From: an uncultured Collinsella sp.
GTDB taxonomy: Bacteria > Actinomycetota > Coriobacteriia > Coriobacteriales > Coriobacteriaceae
Direction of reading: 5' to 3'
Length of the DNA stretch: 64,000 nt
Assembly: GCA_900541125.1 (NCBI GenBank)
Contig: UQIK01000009.1
Location: 2,829 to 66,828 of the forward strand
Shown: positions 59,495 through 64,000 of the stretch, one piece after another
Layout: each line of letters opens with the position of its first letter
Numbering within the stretch: position 1 is the first letter of the stretch
Position numbers and translations under genes: made by a program
Notes under the pieces: model-generated
Told to the model about the DNA's origin: nothing
The model's database searches: none
What the model saw: only the letters and a program-made list of their open reading frames with translations

Positions 59495-60196
59495 TTACAG
59501 TCCGCGAATTCGTACAGCCTCGGGCGGAAACTCTTGCTCGCCGGCATCGGTCTTGATGGTCGCGCGGCCCCAGATGTCCAGGCCCGCAAACACACCGACC
59601 GCAAGCGGCAAACCGTTGGGCGACACCGCCGCAACTTGGCGGCCCAGCAGCGGCACCATGTCGAAGTACTCGCCCAGCACGGGAGCCAGCGGACCGGCAG
59701 CGCCCTGCGGCGTGTTGGCAACAACCGCCCAGGCGTCCACGCGGGCCAGCACGGCGGCGGCCAGCGTCTCGACCAGCGCTTCGTCAGCCACGTCCACACC
59801 AAGCTCGCTCAGCGCCGAACGCTCAATATCCACCGTCACGGCACCGAACATGCCCACAGCACCGGCGCCGCCGTTCACGGTAACACGCGCGAGCGACGTC
59901 TCAAACGCAGGCGCACCGCACACGATATCGCTCGGCCACTGGATACCCACCTTACCGGCAAGGCCCAACCCCGGCGTCGAAGCCGTGCCCACGAGCGCGT
60001 CCATCATGCCCATCGCGGCCACAAACGGCAGGCCGTGGAAGGCGTGCATATTCACATCCGGACGCACGACCAGCGAAAACGTCAGCGAAGCATCGCCCGC
60101 GCTCCACGCGCACCAGCCCGCGGACACGCCCTCGCGGCCCGCGTTACGCGCCGCGTCGAGCTCGGTGCCGGCGGCAACAGCATTCATCTCGATCAT
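59495..60196 (-). CDS. Biotin protein ligase (BirA)-like protein with degenerate catalytic motifs
   Basis: It has the BPL fold blocks LTFSLVVRP, GIQWPSDIV and the C-terminal GVFAGLDIWGRATIKT. GRGRxGRxW is replaced by GREGVSAGW, and KWPND by QWPSD. Its ATG directly abuts the folP-folK stop (TAGATG). Confidence 0.55.
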   Translation of the reverse strand: MIEMNAVAAGTELDAARNAGREGVSAGWCAWSAGDASLTFSLVVRPDVNMHAFHGLPFVAAMGMMDALVGTASTPGLGLAGKVGIQWPSDIVCGAPAFETSLARVTVNGGAGAVGMFGAVTVDIERSALSELGVDVADEALVETLAAAVLARVDAWAVVANTPQGAAGPLAPVLGEYFDMVPLLGRQVAAVSPNGLPLAVGVFAGLDIWGRATIKTDAGEQEFPPEAVRIRGL

Positions 60197-61939
60197 CTAC
60201 ATACGCCCCAATTCGCCAACGATATGGCCCACGCGGTCCTCGGGCTCCTTGACCTCGACACCGTTGTAGCGGAAGAACCGCGCTGGGTCGTGCATCAGGT
60301 CCTCGAGCGGCACCAGCACAAAGTCGCGCTCGCCAATGAGAGGATGCGGCAGGCGCAGCTTTTTGCCGCCGTGGGTCTCGCCATCCATCCACAGCAGATC
60401 CAGGTCGATGGTGCGCGGACCGTTGGCCTTGGCCTTCTTGGAGCGGTCGCGGCCCAGCTCAGCCTCGATCTTCATGAGCTCGTCGAGCAGCACCAGCGGC
60501 GCCAGCTCGGTCTTGATCTCGATGACGGCGTTGGCAAACGCGTCCTGGCGCGTCTCGTAGGCCGGCTCGCTCTCGTAGATCTTGGAGGAGTTGGACACAC
60601 AGGTGAGTGGAATCTCGGCGATCATCTCGCGTGCAGCGCGGATGTTGTCGCAGCGATGCCCCAGGTTGGAGCCCACAGCCACAAACGCGCGGCGCGGCTG
60701 CGGCTTGGCAACCGCCCAGTAACCGTTCAGGAACTGCGCAAAACCCGCGGCGTCGTGCACGCGCACGATGTTGGCACCGGCCTGGATGGCGCCCAGGCAC
60801 ACGCCAAACGTAGCGGCATCGCGCTCGGCGGCCTCGGTCACGCCCGAGACGGCGCCCACAAAGCGCTTGCGCGACACGGCGCACATGAGCGGATAGCCCA
60901 GTGACGCCATCTTGGCAGTCTCGCGCTGGATGACGATGTCCTCGTTAGCCGACTTACCAAAGCCCGGGCCAGGATCGATGCAGATGCGGTCGTGCGACAC
61001 GCCGGCATGGATGAGCGTGCGGGCCTGGTCGGACAGAAAGCCCATGACGCGGCGCATGATGGGCGCCGAATCGGGCAGGGTGAAGCGGCGGAGCTGCGAG
61101 GTAGGCACGTAGGCTTCCTCGCGGCGGGCGCTGCGGCGCATCATGGCGGCCAGGCGGTCATTGGACTCCGATGCGGCCTCGGTGGCTGCGGGCGCGGCCT
61201 CGGGCGCGGGCGCGACGGTCTCGGCGGCAGTAGCCTGCTCGGCGGCCGGCGTCTCCTGCTCGCTTGAAGGCTCAGACGTGGGCTCCGGTTCGCCAAACGG
61301 CAACGAGGGCTGCACCACGCCGCCCGGAAGCTTGGCCTCCGGCTTAGGCTCGCCCAGCAACTTGCCGCGACGGCGGCGAGCCGGCTTCTCGGCCTCACGC
61401 GCGGCCTCGGCAGCCGCCTCGCGCGCCTTCTCGGCAACAAACGCCGCTGCCGAGGTATCGAGCTGCACCGTTGCGTGCGTGCGGGTGGGCGCGGCGACCT
61501 CGCCGGCATGCATCACGATGACGCCGCAGGTGCTCGTCTTAACAAACTCGACCATCTTGGGATCGGTGAAGCCGGTCACGTCGTTGACGATCGAGGCGCC
61601 GCAGCGCACGGCCGCCTTGGCAACCGCCACATGACGCGTGTCGATCGAGACGATGGCGCCCTCCTTGGCCAGCGCGCGCACCACGGGCAGCACGCGGCGA
61701 GCCTCCTCGTCGGGGTTGACCGGGGTAAAACCGGGGCGCGTGGACTCGCCGCCCACGTCGATGATGTCGGCGCCGGCGTCGAGCATCGCCAGGCCGTACT
61801 CGATGGCGGCATCCGGGTCGAAGTGCTCCCCGCCATCGCTAAACGAATCGGGCGTCACGTTGAGGACGCCCATGATGCGCGGACGGTCAAAGCTGAGCTC
61901 ATACTTTCCGCACCGCCATGTCTTGCTGTCGTTCGCCAT
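60197..61939 (-). CDS. folP: Fusion of dihydropteroate synthase (FolP) and 6-hydroxymethyl-dihydropterin pyrophosphokinase (FolK), with a long low-complexity insert in FolP
   Basis: FolP blocks: IMGVLNVTPDSFSDGG, DVGGESTRPG, IVNDVTG, IDPGPGFGKS and VSRKRF. FolK blocks: AFVAVGSNLG, PRTIDLDLL and LPHPLIGERDFVLVPL. I prefer ATG 61939, 6 nt after GGAGG. Confidence 0.85.
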   Translation of the reverse strand: MANDSKTWRCGKYELSFDRPRIMGVLNVTPDSFSDGGEHFDPDAAIEYGLAMLDAGADIIDVGGESTRPGFTPVNPDEEARRVLPVVRALAKEGAIVSIDTRHVAVAKAAVRCGASIVNDVTGFTDPKMVEFVKTSTCGVIVMHAGEVAAPTRTHATVQLDTSAAAFVAEKAREAAAEAAREAEKPARRRRGKLLGEPKPEAKLPGGVVQPSLPFGEPEPTSEPSSEQETPAAEQATAAETVAPAPEAAPAATEAASESNDRLAAMMRRSARREEAYVPTSQLRRFTLPDSAPIMRRVMGFLSDQARTLIHAGVSHDRICIDPGPGFGKSANEDIVIQRETAKMASLGYPLMCAVSRKRFVGAVSGVTEAAERDAATFGVCLGAIQAGANIVRVHDAAGFAQFLNGYWAVAKPQPRRAFVAVGSNLGHRCDNIRAAREMIAEIPLTCVSNSSKIYESEPAYETRQDAFANAVIEIKTELAPLVLLDELMKIEAELGRDRSKKAKANGPRTIDLDLLWMDGETHGGKKLRLPHPLIGERDFVLVPLEDLMHDPARFFRYNGVEVKEPEDRVGHIVGELGRM

Positions 61940-62034
61940 GAACATCCTCCTAAAATGCCCACGCCGCCGAGCTTGGGGAGCTGGCGGCGGGGTCGCTTTG
62001 CACTCAGTCTTTCTATTGTATCCGCGCGCACGGG

Positions 62035-62787
62035 CTAGAACGCAAACGCGGCCGCGATGTCGCAAGAAATCAGCAGGTCGGCATTTGCATCCTGATCGGT
62101 GGGAGCAAGATTGCAAATGGCCAGCGTATCGCCGGTAAAGTAGCGCGTAAGGCCTGCCGCCGGATACACCACGAGCGAGGTCCCGCCCACGATGAGGGCA
62201 TCGGCCGCGGCGATGGCGGCAACGGCGCCGGTCAGCACATGCTCGTCGAGCGGCTCCTCGTAGAGCACCACATCGGGCTTAATGCGCCCGCCGCACGCGG
62301 GGCACACGGGCACGCCCGCGGCATCCTCGTGCTCGCGCGCGCAAATCCATTCGGCGCTGTAGACTGCGCCGCACGTCTGGCAAATGTTGCGATGGACCGA
62401 TCCGTGCAGCTCGAACACGCGCTGCGAGCCGGCCATCTGATGCAGGCCGTCGATATTTTGCGTCACCACGGCATTTAGATTGCCGGCGCGCTCCAGCTCG
62501 GCCAACTTGGTGTGGCAGCGGTTGGGCTTAGCGCCAAGCGCGATCATCTTGGTGCGGTAGAAGTCGAAGAACTCGGCCGGATGCGCCTCGTAAAAGCTAT
62601 GCGAGAGCATGGTCTCGGGCGGGTAGGCAAACTGCTGGTGATATAGGCCGTCCACGCTGCGGAAATCGGGGATGCCGCTCGCCGTGGAAACACCCGCGCC
62701 GCCAAAGAAGACCACGCGCTTGTGGGTGCCGAACAGCTCCGCCAGCGCGGCGGAGGCCTGTTTGGAGTCCGTTATCGCCTGCGTCAT
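62035..62787 (-). CDS. cobB: NAD-dependent protein deacylase (Sir2/CobB family)
   Basis: GAGVSTASGIPDFRS, QNIDGLHQ, ELHGS and the zinc ribbon CQTCG...CPACGG. ATG 62787 lies behind GGAGGA. Confidence 0.9.
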   Translation of the reverse strand: MTQAITDSKQASAALAELFGTHKRVVFFGGAGVSTASGIPDFRSVDGLYHQQFAYPPETMLSHSFYEAHPAEFFDFYRTKMIALGAKPNRCHTKLAELERAGNLNAVVTQNIDGLHQMAGSQRVFELHGSVHRNICQTCGAVYSAEWICAREHEDAAGVPVCPACGGRIKPDVVLYEEPLDEHVLTGAVAAIAAADALIVGGTSLVVYPAAGLTRYFTGDTLAICNLAPTDQDANADLLISCDIAAAFAF

Positions 62788-62923
62788 ATGAGTCCTCCGT
62801 CCTCGTTGGTCGGGCAGCGTCGGGCAATGTCCCAGCATGCAGCCTTTGGGTCAGCACGCGCGGAGCCCACCACCGCCCCTGTTGCGCTAATCTTAAGCCT
62901 GCCAACCCCGTCGAAAGGACACC

Positions 62924-63742
62924 ATGCCTCAGACTTACACTTTCGCCTCGTGGAACGTCAACGGCCTGCGCGCCGTGCTCAAAAAGGACCCGAGCTTTAT
63001 CCAGACCGCGCAAGAACTCGACGTCGATATCTTGGCGCTGCAGGAAACCAAGCTGCAGGAGGGCCAGGTCGATATTGACCTGCCCGGCTATCATCAAACC
63101 TGGAGCTACGCCGAACGCAAAGGCTATTCGGGCACTGCGGTCTTTAGCCGCCAGGAACCGCTGCGCGTGCTGTACGCCGACGCACTGCTACCCTACGCCG
63201 GTGAGGGCGAGGCAGCCGAGCTCGTCGCCCAAGCTGCAACCGAGGGCCGCGTCTGCGCGCTCGAGTTCGACAAGTTTTGGTTTGTGGATGTCTACACGCC
63301 TAACGCCCAAAATGAGCTCGCGCGCATTGATGTGCGCATGGCCTGGGATGATGCCTATCGCGGCTTTTTGAGCGCGCTTGAGCGCGAGACCGGCAAGCCC
63401 GTCGTGACCTGCGGCGACTTTAACGTAGCGCACGAGGAGATCGACCTTAAGAACCCCAAGTCCAACCGCGGCAACGCCGGCTTTTCGGACGAGGAACGCG
63501 GCAAGTTTACCGAGCTGCTCAACGCCGGGTTTACCGATACCTGGCGCGCGGCAAACCCCGACGTCGAGGGCGTCTACAGCTGGTGGAGCTACCGCTTTAA
63601 TGCCCGCAAGAACAACGCCGGCTGGCGCATCGACTACTTCCTGGTAAGCGACGCAATCGCCGACAACGTACGCGACACCGGCATCCGCGGCGACATCTTC
63701 GGCAGCGACCATTGCCCCGTCACCCTCACGCTAGAGCTCTAG
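62924..63742 (+). CDS. xthA: Exodeoxyribonuclease III
   Basis: SWNVNGLRA, LQETK, GDFNVAH and SDHCPV motifs. Confidence 0.95.
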   Translation: MPQTYTFASWNVNGLRAVLKKDPSFIQTAQELDVDILALQETKLQEGQVDIDLPGYHQTWSYAERKGYSGTAVFSRQEPLRVLYADALLPYAGEGEAAELVAQAATEGRVCALEFDKFWFVDVYTPNAQNELARIDVRMAWDDAYRGFLSALERETGKPVVTCGDFNVAHEEIDLKNPKSNRGNAGFSDEERGKFTELLNAGFTDTWRAANPDVEGVYSWWSYRFNARKNNAGWRIDYFLVSDAIADNVRDTGIRGDIFGSDHCPVTLTLEL

Positions 63743-63745
63743 CCC

Positions 63746-64000
63746 CCAAATGATCCCCCGGGGACGAAGGAATACGGATCACTTTTGCCCGCGCAAGGGC
63801 GCCTGCGTGACCCCGTCCGCCACGAAACCAGCCCATCTACTACGTTCAAGCCACTACCCTCAACCATAGCGAACAACGCAAAAAGAAAACCGCAGGTAGA
63901 AAGCCTGCGGTTTTTCATAAAACGCGGTCATGGTCGGGGGTATCAAGCTAAACGTAGTAGATGGGCCAGTTTCGTGGCAAGCGTCGTCAACTGATTTCCT
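63746..64000. repeat. Family-A nested-hairpin repeat, copy 3, inverted relative to copies 1 and 2; runs off the window
   Basis: The core at 63819-63978 has the same outer arms. The central hairpin AAAACCGCAGGTAGAAAGCCTGCGGTTTTT is the reverse complement of the copy 1/2 core. GATC-containing extensions flank it on both sides. Confidence 0.8.

Noticed and set aside
61940-62116. N-terminal extensions of several track ORFs: 60197-62116, 11920-13512, 27938-29548, 39699-41030, 17423-18439 and 62035-62838.
   Set aside because: The extensions start at distant or alternative codons, are Arg/Pro-rich with no homology-like content, and in some cases overlap the neighbouring gene. In each case an internal ATG preceded by a Shine-Dalgarno-like purine run aligns with the conserved N-terminus of the family.

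Overview
High-G+C bacterial chromosomal segment. Gene content suggests a saccharolytic member of the Coriobacteriia, Collinsella-like or Eggerthellaceae-like (inference only). All calls come from reading the six-frame ORF track and the DNA by eye, with no searches run. The ORF track translates GTG and TTG starts as M, so several starts were re-placed at an ATG preceded by a Shine-Dalgarno-like purine run.

I support about 46 CDS, one initiator tRNA-Met, several rho-independent terminators and four families of intergenic repeats. Gene content in order:
- mgtA 3' part, then a membrane-anchored LuxR regulator.
- A four-gene zinc-ribbon/SPFH (ydjG/ydjI-like) module.
- A kinase-like membrane protein, histidine kinase and response regulator, chained by 4-nt overlaps.
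- A GH1 6-phospho-beta-glucosidase.
- An orphan AAA/wHTH ATPase cassette flanked by diverged direct repeats.
- DUF4867, luxS, nucleoside hydrolase and ribokinase.
- An OatA-like acyltransferase.
- An NRAMP-related transporter with Mg2+-type (NRMT-like) site substitutions. It is paired with a protein that has the MgtE cytoplasmic sensor but apparently not its pore.
- An envelope/stress operon: hemolysin III, CNNM/CorC, a cyanophycin-synthetase-N-like protein, YtxH, a PRC-barrel protein and a NodB deacetylase.
- An alpha/beta hydrolase and a DUF362 Fe-S protein.
- Two ABC exporters plus a HisKA_3/NarL two-component system.
- An LPXTG adhesin of about 2,100 codons, split by one in-frame TAG and bracketed by nested-hairpin repeats.
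- A six-subunit Ech-type group 4 [NiFe]-hydrogenase with fused EchA-EchB.
- An orphan IS3 OrfA-like HTH gene and an OYE/FadH-type reductase.
- coaX, a degenerate BirA-like protein, a FolP-FolK fusion, a Sir2 deacylase and xthA.

No CRISPR array, prophage, reverse transcriptase or recognisable defence system was seen. The items most worth follow-up are:
- the NRMT plus MgtE-sensor pair, with a possible M-box leader;
- the interrupted adhesin and its mirror-ordered flanking repeats;
- the repeat-flanked ATPase cassette;
- the zinc-ribbon/SPFH module.
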